Positions 13,760-27,673 of a stretch of DNA of 64,000 nucleotides are shown one piece after another (position 1 is the stretch's first letter; every line of letters begins with the position of its first letter). The stretch is from the NCBI GenBank assembly GCA_951406725.2, contig OX597831.1, positions 72,354,001 through 72,418,000 on the forward strand, written 5' to 3'. A program made the translations under genes and the position numbers. This DNA is from Octopus vulgaris (Eukaryota). The notes under the pieces are model-generated. The model was not told the origin of the DNA. It saw only the letters and a program-made list of their open reading frames with translations, and did not search any database.

Positions 13760-15610
13760 ATTTAATTTTAATAAAAATCAAGGGTGCCACTTATCCACTC
13801 GACATCATAGGGATCTGAAGTAGTCGGCAGTGTATCAGTAGTCCAGACACCCTGGGCCTGGGCTTCTCAGCTTTGAAGTTGTTATAGAAACATTTTTGTG
13901 ACGTTTACTTTAGAATTTTAATAATTGCAAACCCTAATCATGAGTAAGAGAAAGAGTTATAAAATAGGTTTTAAGTTGAAAGAGGTGAATTATACAGAAG
14001 AACATAGAAACAGATCTGCAGAAAGAGAGTTTTGTGAGAGGTGGTGAGAAGATGGAGGAAGCAGAAGGAACAGATTAAAGAAATGCCAAATTCGAAGGGA
14101 ACGGCAAGGTTTGCTGTATCGCCATACCAAAATCTTGCAAAAGAATTGTGTGATTGGGTCGAAGACCTCAGAAATAATGGTCTCACTGTAACCAGACTTT
14201 CAATAAGAACCAAAGCCCTCCAATTTGCTCCATATTGCGCAATTTAAATCTTCACCAGATTCATGAATAGATATGGATTGACACTACGCAAAAAAAAAAC
14301 TTAAAAACTACCAAAAGATATTGATAAAAAATTTCATAATTTTACAAAATTAATTCTGAAGGAGCGTAAAATGTCTGAATTCATCATAGAAAATATTGGG
14401 AATATGGATGAAACCCCCATGTAATTCGATATGCCGGAAAACGCTGTTGTAAACAGAGTAGGAAACAACATTATTACAGTAAAATCTACAGGGCATGATA
14501 AACAACATTTTACTGTAGTGCTAGCTTGTCAAGCTGATGAAAGAAAGCTTCGTCCAATGGTTATCTTCAAAAGAAAGAATATGCCGAAGGATTCCTTTCC
14601 ACCAAAATGTATTGTGAAAATACATCCTAAGGGACGGGTAGACGAAAACGTAATAAATGTTTGGTTGGACGAAATTTTGGATGAAAAGACTAAGGGTCTG
14701 GCTCAATAACAGAAGTTTTTTTAAGTTGGAACATGTTTAACTCATATAGATGCGAGTCTGTGGAGGCTAAGTTGAAGGAATACCGAACAAGGCAGTCGTT
14801 GCTGGTGGCTGCACTTCACTTTTGAAGCCACTTGATGTTTCAGTAAATAAGTCCTTCAAGACTTGCATTCGAAAATTGTGGACGTCTTGGATGATATCTG
14901 GTGAAAAGGAATTTACTAAAGGTGGGTGATTGAAAAGAGCTGGATTGAGCTTAGTAGTAGAATGGGTGATGGAAGTATCCCCGAAGAACAAATTATCAAG
15001 ACCTTCAAAAAATGTGACAGCTCAAATGTCATGGATGGCACTGAAGACGATGTATGAGGGTTTGGTTCAATCACGGAAAAGGCAGAAAATGACGATGGAG
15101 ATGAACATACCACAACTGATGATGAGCTGAACGACCACTATGACATGACCACTGATGACTATACAGTAACTGATGAACAAGTGAAAAGAATGTTCGACAG
15201 TGATGGTGTCGAAGAAGAATTTGGGGCTTTCAATCCTGATGAAATTTGATAACTATATCTAAACCAATACACTTTTTTATGTAACATTTTTTTCTGTTCT
15301 GCTTGTAATTTTGTAATTTTCTGTTCTGTTTGTAATTTCTTGTTAAGTTGATACTTATAGATTTTTTTTTCTGTAGAGTTGATTTATAAATTAGGCTACT
15401 TTCATAAAGTCACTTCCGCAAAAATGTTTTAATATCTGTAAGCAAAGTTTTGAAATTATTTTGAAATTTTGATATTATTTAACAAATATTAGTTATGGAT
15501 ACGTTAAAAAAAGGTCATCTGTGAGTCAATCGCAAACACCTACTTTGACAACCCCAAACTAAGGGTGCGACCTGTCCAATGGTGCAACCTATCCACGAGT
15601 ATATGCGGTA
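13760..15610 (+). mobile_element. pogo/Tigger-like DNA transposon remnant (CENP-B HTH plus DDE_1)
   Basis: VRRWRKQKEQI..LCDWVEDLRNNGLTVT, GNMDETPM, VKSTGHDKQHFTVVLAC..KLRPMVIFKRK, LKPLDVSVNKSFK; right end ccacgagtatatgcggta resembles pogo-type termini; many stops. Confidence 0.85.
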
Positions 15611-16106
15611 TGTGTTTCTCTTTTGTTTGGTAGGCACACAGTGTGACAGGTTTTTGTTGCTGTTGATTTTGGTATTATTGGATTTAATCCTTTTACTTTG
15701 GCAGTACAAAGACCAAGGTACAAAGTGAATAATTTAAGCCCATAGTAATTGGGTGTGTCAACTATTTTTTTTTTCAAAAGAATGTAGACAGGTGGTAAGT
15801 TTAGGCTAGTCTTGTCTTGTTGTTTAAGGTATTTTCTGTTTTCACTTGTAGGGTCTGAGTTATTTGTCAGGCATGTCATGGCTTTGTTAGTGTAGAAACT
15901 GTTTCAAATCTTTTTGTGAACATCGCAGACCGACGATGGTTTAGTTGAACGAGAGTTCGAAACCACTGTCAACAACATACTTATATAAGAATAATAAATA
16001 ATATATTTGTACTCAGCAAAAGTATAGAGTAACCCATCAGATTAATGTAAAATTGTTTTTATTATAACTCAACATTAAAAACAAACATTAATAAAACATA
16101 CACACA

Positions 16107-16512
16107 GGCGTAGGAGTAGCGGTGTGGTAAGTAACTCGCTTACGAACCACATGGTTCCGGGTTCAGTCCCACTGCGCGGCACCTTGGGCAAGTGTCTTCT
16201 ACTATAGCCTCGGGCCCAACCAAAGCCTTGTGAGTGGATTTGGTAGACGAAACTGAAAGAAGCCCGTCGTATTTATGTATATATATATGTGTGTGTGTGT
16301 GTTTGTATGTCTGTGTGTGTCCCCCCCCCCCCCAATCATCGCTTGACAACCGATGCGGGTGTGTTTACGTCCCAGTAACTTAGCGGTTCGGCAAAAGAGA
16401 CCGATAGAATAAGTACTAGGCTTACAAAGAATAAGTCCTGGGGTCGATTTGTTTGACTAAAGGCGGTGCTCCAGCATGGCCACAGTCAACTGACTGAAAC
16501 AAGTAAAGAGTA
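16107..16512 (+). mobile_element. Full-length tRNA-derived SINE family B with internal microsatellite
   Basis: Head ..gtgtggtaagta..ggttccgggttcagtccc, CORE-like ccttgggcaagtgtc, (TA)/(TG) core, tail ..gactgaaacaagtaaagag. Confidence 0.85.
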
Positions 16513-16513
16513 C

Positions 16514-16574
<61 letters not shown>

Positions 16575-17077
16575 CACGCGCACCCACGCACACGCATGCA
16601 CACACACATACACACATATAGCTGGTTAAGATAGAAGATACGAGAGTTTTTATTAATCACTTCAGTTGTTTCGACACATCTACCATCGATCCATCACGGG
16701 TGGAATACTTAAAAACTGGTTCAGGGGCATCCGACGGTACAGGTGTATCTCTTCGAGTAATAAACAAATGCAATTCGTTAAAATAACAGTCCCGCAATGT
16801 GTCTTCTCTGTTCTTGTGGAGAAAAGCAGCAAATTAAAGGTCATAGCTTCAATAAAATAACAGATATAAAAAAGAAACCAACCTGCAATAAAGTGAAAAA
16901 TGTATTAAATATAACCGTTAACGGATACGGATGAATAGACGCCCTCGCGTAGCTTGTATGATGCATGTACACTCGCTCATACAAATAGCCACGAAGATGT
17001 AATCACAGGTACACGCGTGGTTTGGCATAGATACGTTCACATAGCGAGTTAAATAGCTACTTGGTGTTTATAAGAAG

Positions 17078-17399
17078 TGAAGGCGCGTGGCTTAGTGGTT
17101 AGGGCATTCGGCTCATGATCGTAAGATCGTGAGTTCAATTACTGGCGGCGCGTTGTGTCCTTGAGCAAGACACTTTATTTCACATTGCTCCAGTTCACTC
17201 AGCTGGCAAAAAATGAGTAGTACCTGTATTTCAAAGGGCCAGCCTTGTCACACTGTGTCACTCTGAATCTCCCCGAGAACTACGTTAGGGGTACACGTGT
17301 CTGTGGAGTGCTCAGCCACTTACACGTTAATTTCACGAGCAGGCTGTCCGTTGATCATATCAGCTGGGATCCTCGTCGTCGTAACCGACGGAGTGCTCC
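17078..17399 (+). mobile_element. tRNA-derived SINE family E
   Basis: Head ggcgcgtggcttagtggttagg..gagttcaatt, then gtgtccttgagcaagacact; 3' half shared with 40458-40640. Confidence 0.8.
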
Positions 17400-17413
17400 T
17401 ATATTTATAAGAA

Positions 17414-17680
17414 AAGGCGGTGAGCTGGCAGAAACGTTAGCACGCCGGGTGAAATGCTTTGTGGTATTTCGTCTGCCGTTGCGTTCTGAGTTCAAATTCC
17501 GCCGAGGTCGACTTTGCCTTTCATCCTTTCGGGGTCGATTAAATAAGTATTAGTTACGCACTGGGGTCGATTAAATAAGTATTAGTTACGCACTGGGGTC
17601 GATATAATCGACTTAATCCGTTTGTCTGTCCTTGTTTATCCTCTCTGTGTTTAGCCCCTTGTGGGTAGTAAAGAAATAGG
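17414..17680 (+). mobile_element. SINE family A monomer with 12-bp TSD
   Basis: TSD tatttataagaa at 17402-17413 and 17681-17692; short internal tandem duplication. Confidence 0.85.
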
Positions 17681-18067
17681 TATTTATAAGAATTCAGTTC
17701 ATCCATAGCTTAAGGCGAAGTATGATAATTAATAAGGTTAACAGTTACTCAGATTCATTCTTACTACATTGTGTGAAATGCATTTATATGCGTGTAAGCA
17801 TCTTGAGAATTTTTAAGAAATTCTATTAGTGATCTTCTCATTGGTCCACAAAATGGACAAGGATTCCTCGGAGCAGAGTCGGCATCGCTTGGAAAACTAT
17901 TGCATGGTTTTGCATGCCCGTGTACCGAGTTATGTTATATTTGAATTGATCTCCCTTCAGTCGCTACACAAATACATAACGAACACTACGAAAGTGACTG
18001 TGCTTTACCAGTAAGCTACCAGGTACAAGCCATTCGTTTCATATGATATATATATATATAAATATAT

Positions 18068-18499
18068 ACTCTTTTACTCTTTTATTCTTTTACTTGTTTC
18101 AGTCATTTGACTGCGGCCATGCTGGAGCACCGCCTTTAGTCGAGCAAATCGACCCCGAGACTTATTCTTTGTAAGCCCAGTACTTATTCTATCGGTCACT
18201 TTTGCCGAAAGTTACGGGGACGTAGACACACACGCATCGGTTGTCAAGCAATGCTAGGGGGACAAACACAGACACACAAACATACACACACATACACACA
18301 TACACACACATACATATATATATACATATACATATATACGACAGGCTTCTTTCGGTTCCCGTCTACCAAATCCACTCACAAGGCTTTGGTCGGCCCGGGG
18401 CTATAGTAGAAGACACTTGCCCAAGGTGCCACGCAGTGGGACTGAACCCGGAACCATGTGGCTGGTAAGCAAGCTACTTACCACACAGCCACTCCTGCG

Positions 18500-18501
<2 letters not shown>
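18068..18501 (-). mobile_element. Full-length SINE family B
   Basis: Reverse complement of the 16107 copy. Confidence 0.88.
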
Positions 18502-18541
<40 letters not shown>

Positions 18542-18561
18542 CACATATATACATACATACA

Positions 18562-18664
<103 letters not shown>

Positions 18665-18759
18665 GTATGTATATATATATATATTTATATTTATATATAT
18701 GCATATATACATACGTATATGTACATATTTACATCTATACGCATATATATATGTATATG

Positions 18760-19330
18760 TGGGCACAGGACGTCACGAAGCGTGTTCAACAAAAAGTACG
18801 AAGTACGAGTACCTAGAATATGAACTATTTTTTCGAACAACGAAAGACACATATGGAAAACAAGACAAACAACATAAAGACCGGCCCTTCATCAGTTGTT
18901 GGCTGTTTTTCTACTCTCGTATTTCGAGCATTTAACAACAATATACGCTTTCGATAAAACAGTTGCTCCCGCAAAGCAAATTAAATATAATTTGGGATTT
19001 TGCGGAGGGTCAAAATTGGTAACACAAACAGGACAGTGAAAACAAACAGGAAGGGTTGCTAAGCCTAAACGAGGTTGAAGTTGCGAACGCGTAAATCAAG
19101 CATGGACAGGAGACAGACAAGAACACGTCTTCCTAGTTCCAGCTACAACGGAGAGAAAGAAAGAAACACAAGTTAGGAGAAGAAAGATGGTCAATGGACA
19201 CGTGGGAGCCACGTGAGCAAGGGAAGAGTGAGGGAGAGAGAGTGACAGAGTAGTAAGATAGAATAGTGGGAGAAGAGGGGATAAAAGAATAAGAGAGAGA
19301 AAGAAAGAAAAACGAAAGATGTGTGTACAT
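18760..19330 (-). mobile_element. Unclassified non-coding insert between (TA)n tracts, possibly Penelope-related
   Basis: Unique block bounded by TA-rich microsatellites; CTGATGA..CGAAA on the minus strand. Confidence 0.35.
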
Positions 19331-19386
19331 ATACGGATGTATATATGCATATATATATAGATATATACACACACACACATATATAT

Positions 19387-19435
<49 letters not shown>

Positions 19436-20271
19436 TATTAAAATTATATATAAAGAAACAAGAACGTGAAATACACAAAGGGACGAACGCAGAAAACAGA
19501 CGGGTCATTCGAAGCCTTTAATCTTCAGTCAGGAACCGGATCTTCATAGCAAATTTCGGCTGATTAATTCTGATATTTGCTCCGACGCGGCCAGCCCCAA
19601 TGAAAAACTAAGCTGTGAGCATTAGATTTCTAGGAAAAAGGAACGAATGTAAACGCAACAAGATATATATATATACAATGTATAATATTATATGATTGAA
19701 CACCACGCATCCTCTTCCGAGTAAGTTTTATCTTAATAATTCTGATGCGCACTCTATACGACCTTTTTACTCTTTCTTTTTTCTCTCTTACCACACAGTC
19801 ACGCCTGCGCCTATATACATATGTATATGCGTGTGTGTGCACATGCGCACGTACACGCCCACACGCCCACGCATACATATAGCGAGCTTCCACACCGTTT
19901 CTGTTTACCAATCTCACTCACATGCCATTGGTTGACCCAGTGTTACAGCAGAAGGAATGTGCCTGAGATAGCATGCAGTTGTTTCTTTCTCTCCAGATTA
20001 CGTCACGCTTATGGAGGCGTCATATTTGTGATGAGAATATAGTAATAAAATGCATCTGTTATTATAGAGAAAGGAAACAAAACATGTGTGACCTATGGCT
20101 CGGGTGGGGGTAAGGTAGATATTTAAGAGATTTTAGTCTTAACCTTGGCATGGTTTCTGAATAATCATTTCAGTGACTAACTGAGCGAGCAGTGTTTTTA
20201 TTGAACACTTCTGTCAAAAGTTTTACGCATTATATCAAAAGTCAAACGTATGCATATTCCATTTAACTCCA

Positions 20272-20550
20272 GAGGTGAATTATCCAAATCCCAAAGAATT
20301 CCTCTCAACACATGGCTATGATGCTCCCTCACTACTTCTACTTGTGATCAGAGATGCACATATCGTCAGCCCCCAAAGGACATGCTCAACTGGTTATGGT
20401 CAAACAACTGACAAGCAAATCTGTGGTATTGAGCAGAATATTTGCTGTAGGCCATCTTTTATACCAAGACAAAACAATGTACATGATAACACTTCCAATC
20501 AGTTAAGATCAGAAGCCATGAGAACCACTGCCTGGTACTGCATCAGGGCA
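20272..20550 (-). mobile_element. Partial copy of family D repeat
   Basis: Matches about 11197-11476; followed by (TTA)n. Confidence 0.8.
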
Positions 20551-20563
20551 TTTATTATTATCA

Positions 20564-20606
<43 letters not shown>

Positions 20607-21485
20607 GGCGTCGAGTAGGCAGAATAGTTAGCACGCCGTGCGAAATGTTTAGCGGTATTTCGCCTGTCGCTACGTTCTGAGCTCGAGTTTCGTTGAGGCC
20701 GACTTTGCCTTTCATCCTTACGGTGTCGATTAATTAAGTACCAGTGAAAAAACTGAGGTCGATGTAATCGACACATCCCCTCCCCCAAAATGACTACCCT
20801 TGTAGTAAAATTTGAAATAATTTTTAATATGTATGAGGTATTAACTTTTTTATTATTAAGGTGGTGAGCAAGCAGAATCGTTCGCATGGCGGGCGAAATT
20901 TGTTGTTAAATCGAGTATTGTGTCCCACTATGCCTCAAAGTTAGCAGTTCATCAAGCAGAGACCTATAAAATAAATGCCAGATTGAAATACGTGCTGAGA
21001 TAAGTATGATCAATTAAATATTTGAAGGTGACACCCCATCATGGCGACAGTCAAAAGAGTAAACCCAGTAAAATAATGTTTAAAGACTTAATGACTTCGA
21101 ATTTAAGGTAATGGATTACTAACCACAAGATAATGAGTTCAAAACTTCGCTTTGGACTTTCTCGCTCCTTACGACAACACTATATGCGCATCTCAGTCTA
21201 CTTGACTTCCGACAATTAGCAATTGTAATTTGAATGATTAGCAGTAAGAAAGATGTCCAAATTTCTTTAAGAATTATTCTGAAAAATATTCTGAGAAAGA
21301 GTATTTTTTCACCACAACAAAACATATAGTAGCTACATGTAGTAGCTCAAGTTACCACGGAGACACCTCTGTGTGTGTGTGTGTATGTGTGTGTGTGTGT
21401 GTGTGTATGTGTGTGTGTGCGTGTGTGTGTGTGTGCGTGTGCGTGTATGTGCGTGGTGTGTGTGTGCGTGGTGCGTGTGTGTGTA

Positions 21486-22769
21486 TGTTCAATAAGTAAT
21501 GCCCCTGACCCACTTCCCATACCAGTAGAGCAACGGAACTTGGCACAGTTATTGGTCTTTTTCTACATAGGAACCACTCAGAGTTACGCATTTCTCCCAT
21601 CGTTTGATGCAGCTCTGGAGACCGTTTTTGTAAAAGACCCCAGCTTGGTCCTCCATCCACGACGTGACTTTAGAAATCAAGGCTGCATCATCTGGGAAAT
21701 GCTTTTCTTTCAAAAACAACTTCATGGCTGGGAAGAGGTGAAAATCAGAGGGTGCAAGGTCAGGAGAGTAGGGGGTGGGGGAGAAGTTCATAACCGCACG
21801 CCTGTGCTTCTGATCTGGCGACACGCGAGTTGTGGACCGGAGCGTTGTCCTGCAGGAGGAGGATGCCTTCGCTGATCTTGCCCCGCCTCTTGATTTTGAT
21901 AGCTTCTCTTAATTTCCTCAAAAGTGAAGCATAATAGGCTCCTGTAATTGTGGTAACCTTTGCCAGGAAATCTGTCATCACTACTCCGTCCTGGACCCAG
22001 AAGGCTGTGAGCATGACCTTGCCAGCAGAGGGCTGCACCCTTGCCTTCTTTGGAGGAGGTGAGTCACGGTGCTTTCACTGCATTGACTGGGCTTTGGTCT
22101 ATGGATCATAGTGATGGACCCAGGTTTCATCCTGTGTAATCAGTCTTTTGAAAAAGTTTGACTCATCTTCTTGGTACGTCTCCAAATTCATCCTCGAGCA
22201 CTCGACGCGTTCTTGCTTCTGGAAAGGTTTGAGCAACCTGGGAATCCATCTGGCAGACACCTTTTGCATATGCAAATGGTCATGAATGATAGTTTCCACT
22301 GACCCGGTACTAATCTTGACCTCATGGGCTATTTGGCGAATAGTTATGCGTCGATCTTCCAAAATGGCAGCCTCAACTTGACGGACAGATGCCTCATCAA
22401 TGGCAGAAGGGGGTCGACCAGATCTGGGAGCTGTTTCCACAGAGTTCCGACCATGTTTGAATTCACGATGCCAGCGTTTTACAAGGTCATATGATGGGGC
22501 ATCATCACCATAAGTTACTTTCATTTCATCAAAAGTCTCCCGTGGTGTGCGTCCTTTCAAATACAAAAACCGGATCACTGCTCGACACTCAACAGGCTCC
22601 ATTTCACACTTGACTCAGTTCAAACACCTGTAAATCAGAAACCATAATTAGTTCAGAGCTGTAATTTGCCACCTAATCTATAGAGATATAAGTAATTGCA
22701 GATGCAAAATTTCAACTAGATCAAACACCTGGAAGTGGGTCAGAGGCATTACTTATTGAACGTTCCTCG
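21486..22769 (-). mobile_element. mariner DNA transposon, family M1 copy A, defective transposase
   Basis: TIRs gttcaataagtaatgcccctgacccacttcc and ggaagtgggtcagaggcattacttattgaacg; ORF pieces 22099-22602, 21760-22038, 21549-21824 with ITQDETWVHHYDP, LLQDNAPVH, PYSPDLAPSDFHLF (DD34D). Confidence 0.95.
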
Positions 22770-23528
22770 TATCACCAATGTAAAGGAGGATGGAAGCTTG
22801 ACAGAACGTAGGCGTTTAGTTTCTCTTCTGACTAATCTAAATAAAGTTTAAAATGAAACTCTTACATTCTTTGACATTATGTGCTCAAACTTGCCCAACG
22901 TCAACTCATACACTCAACCTTTGTGAGTCAGTCAATAGAATATACACCGCCCATGCCCTAGAATAAATTCAATTGACTAAAAAATTCCTATAAAAATGTG
23001 TGGGTTTGTGCCAACATTAGAAATCATTTCGATACTGTATACAAATGTTATCCCTCCAAATGGATATTTACGTAGCATTCAAGGCATAATAATAAATACG
23101 TTGTGTCCCAGGTAGCTGAACAATTTTTTCTTCCTTCCTTATTTCCGTTACATGCTATACGGGAAATCAGTTCATCTTTGAACAGTTCCGGTAATATATG
23201 AATTTCCCCATGGGATGTGATTACCAAAAAGGGTCTCCGTGAATGGTCCAACACGACCAGTAACACTGTGCATCGTTGACAATTGCAGAAAAGAGAAGAA
23301 TCGATTCCAGCACTGGACTGGCATTTTATTTATCGATCTCGAAAGAATGGAAGGCAAAGTTTATTTTAGCTGGATTTGAACTCAGATAATCAGAACAAAC
23401 ATTGCAAGGCATTCTCTTCGACTCTCTAACGACTAATTCTCCGCCTTATATAAATAATTATTACTCAATTGTTCATTATGAGTATACTTCCTTATATATA
23501 TCCATACTCCTTTCTCCTTCCTTATATA

Positions 23529-24802
23529 TCGTCTTGGCAACTAAGTTCGCGCCGTCTTTTTAAATTTTCGAATTTATTGCGTTTTTACATTTTGGAATCT
23601 ATTTTTTCCGAAAATTCTATTTTTGAATCATTTTGGAATCTATTTATTTTTCTAGTTAATTTTAGTTAATTTTTGTTTATTTTCAGATCATTAAAATGGA
23701 ATGTCAAGTTAAGAAAAATGAGCATTTTCGACATCTCTTTGTTTTTGCTTTTAATCAAGGTTCTAAGGCCACAAAAGCTGCTCGCGACATTAGTGCTGTG
23801 TATGGAGAGAGTTCCATAGCTGAAAGAACCGCTCGTGATTGGTATGCCATGTTCAAAAATGGAAATTTTGACCTCAAAGACGCACCTCATTCTGGCCGTC
23901 CAGTTGAGTTCGATGAAGTGCGATTAAACCACCTTTTGCACGAAAATTCGCGTCAAACGACAAGGAAACTATCAGAGAAAATAGAATGCTCCCACACTGC
24001 TATAGAGAAGCATCTTCACTCAATGGGAAAGGTTCAGAAGTATGGAACATGGGTTCCGCATGCTTTAAATGACAACAAAAATCAGTGAGCCACTATCTCC
24101 GCTGGTTTGCTCGCTCGTCACCGCTCAATTCATGAACACAAGCAACGATTTCTTTACCGAATCGTTACTGGCGACGATGAATGGTGCCTGTACATCAATA
24201 TGAAGCAGCGTAAGGAATGGCTTAGCCCCGGTAAACAAGCGACAACGCGCGTGGAACAAGATCTTCAACCGCGTAAAACAATGTTGTGCATATGGTGGGA
24301 CTGGGAAGAGATTATCCATTACGAATTGCTTGAACGGAACCAAACGGTCAACGCGGAACTCTTTGTTCAACAGATGAAACGACTTAACACGGCTATTCAA
24401 GAGAAAAAACCTAAACGTCAGCATGGAGTTCTTCTGCTGCACGACAACGCCCGCCCTCATATCGCCAATATGATCAAGGAAGCCATTCAAACACATGGCT
24501 GGGAAGTGCTGCCACACCCGCCGTACTCTTCTGATTTGGCACCAACGGATTATCACTTCTTTCGATCTCTTTCAAATGCTATGCGCAGAGTTTCGTTCAA
24601 TACTGATGCAGAATTGAGAGCTTGGTTGGATCAATTTTTCGAGTCAAAATCGAGTGATTTCTACCAACGAGGTATTGAAAATCTTGTTGAACGTTGGGAA
24701 GAAGTTGTAAACAACAAGGGTGAATACATTATTGATTAATTATTTGTTATTTTTTATTAAAACCTTTTAAAAAAACCGGCGAGAACTTAGTTGCCAACCC
24801 AA
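23529..24802 (+). mobile_element. mariner DNA transposon family M2, near intact
   Basis: TIRs ttggcaactaagttcgcgccg and cggcgagaacttagttgccaa, TA flanks. Confidence 0.95.
23696..24739 (+). pseudogene. mariner transposase, about 347 codons with one in-frame TGA at 24086-24088
   Basis: ORFs 23696-24088 and 24107-24739 share a frame; WVPHAL, IVTGDDEW, LLHDNARPH, YSSDLAPTDYHFF. Confidence 0.92.
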
Positions 24803-26088
24803 TACATGAAAGTGTCTTCCCTTATATGGCTTTGATTTACTATAATGTAAGTGTAAATGCTTGCTCCTGAGACTATCGACACTATTGATTGTTGTTACTA
24901 CTGCTGTTTAGTTCCATAGTGACCCTAATTGTACAAACCTATGATAAAAAGCAATCCACCCGTAACCATCACGTCTTTGTTTTTCTTTTGCTTGCCATAT
25001 TACAACTCAGATTCAATTACCTAATGTGTTCTTTTATTTTTTTAAAGGTAGAAGGTCGTGATTTGAGGGACATTTGCCTTGTAATTTTAGTAGGTCAAGA
25101 GACTACATAGAAGGTCTCGTCTCCTATCAGTGTTATTTTTAATACGTGCCCCGATAATCCGGACATACTGATATCATATCTCGTTTTATATTTTTGAATA
25201 AACAGCTCTAGTTCTCCGGTTCACCTACTTTGACAAAACTGTCAACAATTTTGATTCTTACATTCTATTTATTTATGTTTCTGAGGCAGAATCGTTCGAG
25301 CGTCGGCTTTGCGATGTTTAGTTACGTCCCTTAACGTTTTAAGTTCTTGTCTCGATGAGACCGCCTTTGAGTTTCATCCTTTCGGTGAAGAAAGGTCAAG
25401 GAAATAAATCCTTATCAAGTATTCGGGAATCAGTATAATCAAATAGCCTTCGTTGGCATGGCAACTATTTCAGAAATCCTTATTAAAGCATTTACTCATT
25501 AATTCCAGTCCAATTCATTTCCTTGATCCGTGTTAAAGAAAATTAATCTTAGTTAGTTTCGAGCAACTGAATTACCTGCTGAATACTTGTAGCCCTAAAA
25601 TAATTCCTAGATATAATCAGCGTCACACCTGTGACAAGTATATTCGTCAAATTACGGGTACAATCCATTCTGAGGGATTCCGCACAATTTTTGTTTACCT
25701 AATTTCACTCAAAAGAAACAGGTGGATAGGATGCCACGCAGTGGGATCGAAACCGAAACCTTGTAGTTAAGGCGTGTGCGTCTTAGCCGTTCGGCCTTGC
25801 TATGTCTATGCCTTGTACTAGAAAATGTACTTAGCATTCATTGGGGAGCGACAGCGCTGAGCAGTGATGTGTATAAATGCAAACTTGTAACCAGTTCAAA
25901 TATACTTCAGGCACATTCGAACTCGTAAGAAAGCCATTCACTTGTAGCTAACATTCATTGTTTGCGATTAGTTTCAAGATACCAACAAAGTCGCGATTAT
26001 TTTATTTTATGCTTCCTCCCTTTATCTAGCTCTTTATACGTTCTTAGAATCTTTACGGTTCTTAGAAGTGTCGAAGATATGCATATAT

Positions 26089-26497
26089 GGATCTTTTCGG
26101 TTTGAACGGCAGATTTTTCTAGCGGTGTCATATGAAATTGTCACCCATAATTATGACCCTAGAATCGATCTATTGCATTTCAATCTGTTTTAGGGTTAGG
26201 GGTTAGGGGAAGGGTATCTTTTTTCTTCACAAATGTAAATAAACCCAATCTGTTTCTTAAACGAGGGACATATTCATACGGCACAGATGCTTTTTAACTC
26301 AATAGACGCCACTGATTGGTTGAAATTGCAGAAATTGAAGAAAAAAAACAACAAATATCTTACAAACTACAGACTTTTCTCAATAAAGCCAAGAGAAAAA
26401 GATGTCTTATAAATACATTGTACCAGTATACGAAGTTTAAAATTTTTTAGTTACCTAAAAATTATGCTAAAAATTGCCGTTCAAACCGAAAAGATCC
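26089..26497. mobile_element. 409-bp MITE, GG..CC termini, 8-bp TSD, Merlin-like
   Basis: 23-bp TIR ggatcttttcggtttgaacggca; TSD gcatatat at 26081-26088 and 26498-26505; internal ttagggttaggggttagggg. Confidence 0.9.
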
Positions 26498-26780
26498 GCA
26501 TATATTACAAAATAAAATGGCGAAACCATCATTCTGAAAGCTTCTTCAACTTATTAATGAGAATGATTTTATTTTGACTTATTCATAACTTTCCCAATCA
26601 ACATTCATTCTCTGTTATCAACCTTTAAACATTTTGCTATTTGGGTTGAAGTAAATGGAATATTTGTACGTTGCTTCCTGTAATCTTAGAATACTAGTTT
26701 AACTATCGGCAAAAAAAAATAAAGCATCTTGTCTTTTTCTTTTCTGATTTATTGCTAATATATCCTGATTCTCTCTCTTT

Positions 26781-26869
<89 letters not shown>

Positions 26870-27008
26870 GATCAATAAATGGTGGGGTTGTGTTGACCGC
26901 ACGTGGAGAAATGATAAGTAAGGAAAAATTTTTTTAAAAATGCAGAATGCTCAAATGAAAGAAAATTTTAATAAAATGAGAAAATGATAAAATATATAAA
27001 TATATATT

Positions 27009-27049
27009 TATTCAACCGGTTTTCGTCATTGTATGACTTGTCAAGAATA
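27009..27049 (-). ncRNA. Minimal type I hammerhead ribozyme motif (U3-A8 variant) in the Penelope 3' pLTR
   Basis: Minus strand reads tattc TTGACAA gtca tacaa tgac GAAA accggt t gaata: stem I tattc/gaata, stem II gtca/tgac, palindromic stem III. Confidence 0.75.
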
Positions 27050-27673
27050 TTTATGTTTTAAGAAGTTTTTTTAAAAATTAGAAAGGGGAAAAAAAGAAAA
27101 TTGCATTGTTTTTTGTAAAAGAATAATGATAAAAATGTACAAAAATTAAAAAATAAAATTCTCCGATACATTGTGAGTTCGTTGTGTATCTTGAGTTTTA
27201 TGGTTGTTTACGAAAAATTTACCTTGAGGTGTTAAGATCCAAAGGGATTAAGAGCATGTGTTGTGTTGTGTTGTTAAATTCAGCATGTTTGCAGGACAGG
27301 AAGTAGTAGTAATTGTGGTCCTGGTTCTTCAGTTCCTGTGTTGTGAGTAAGGGGAGACAACTCTTCAATAAAACCCAAATTATAAAACTATCATTTTAGC
27401 TTCATTTGCATTATCTTTTTTATATAATTGCTTGTTAACTTAACTTTCAGATTTTAACACTTTATTTATATTATTTTCTAATAATATAAATCTGCATAGA
27501 CAATTGCATTTCAAATTGTCATATCATTTATAATAAAAATGATAGTAATAACAACAATAGTAAAAATGATATTTAAAGAATATAAGTTTTAGCTTGAAGT
27601 GATGAATGCATGGTATCTTTATATATTTGTGTTAGTCCATCCATGAAGAGTGAGGTAGAGAAAGGAAGTTTGA

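Noticed and set aside
15925-15972. ccgacga..gaac gaga gttc gaaacca hairpin as a hammerhead
   Set aside because: Core mutated and about 10 extra nt before stem II
19495-19590. CTGAAGA and CGAAA on the minus strand as a hammerhead
   Set aside because: Order and stems do not give a convincing fold
23048-23357. Short ORFs in a non-repetitive stretch
   Set aside because: No recognisable motif and no consistent splice signals
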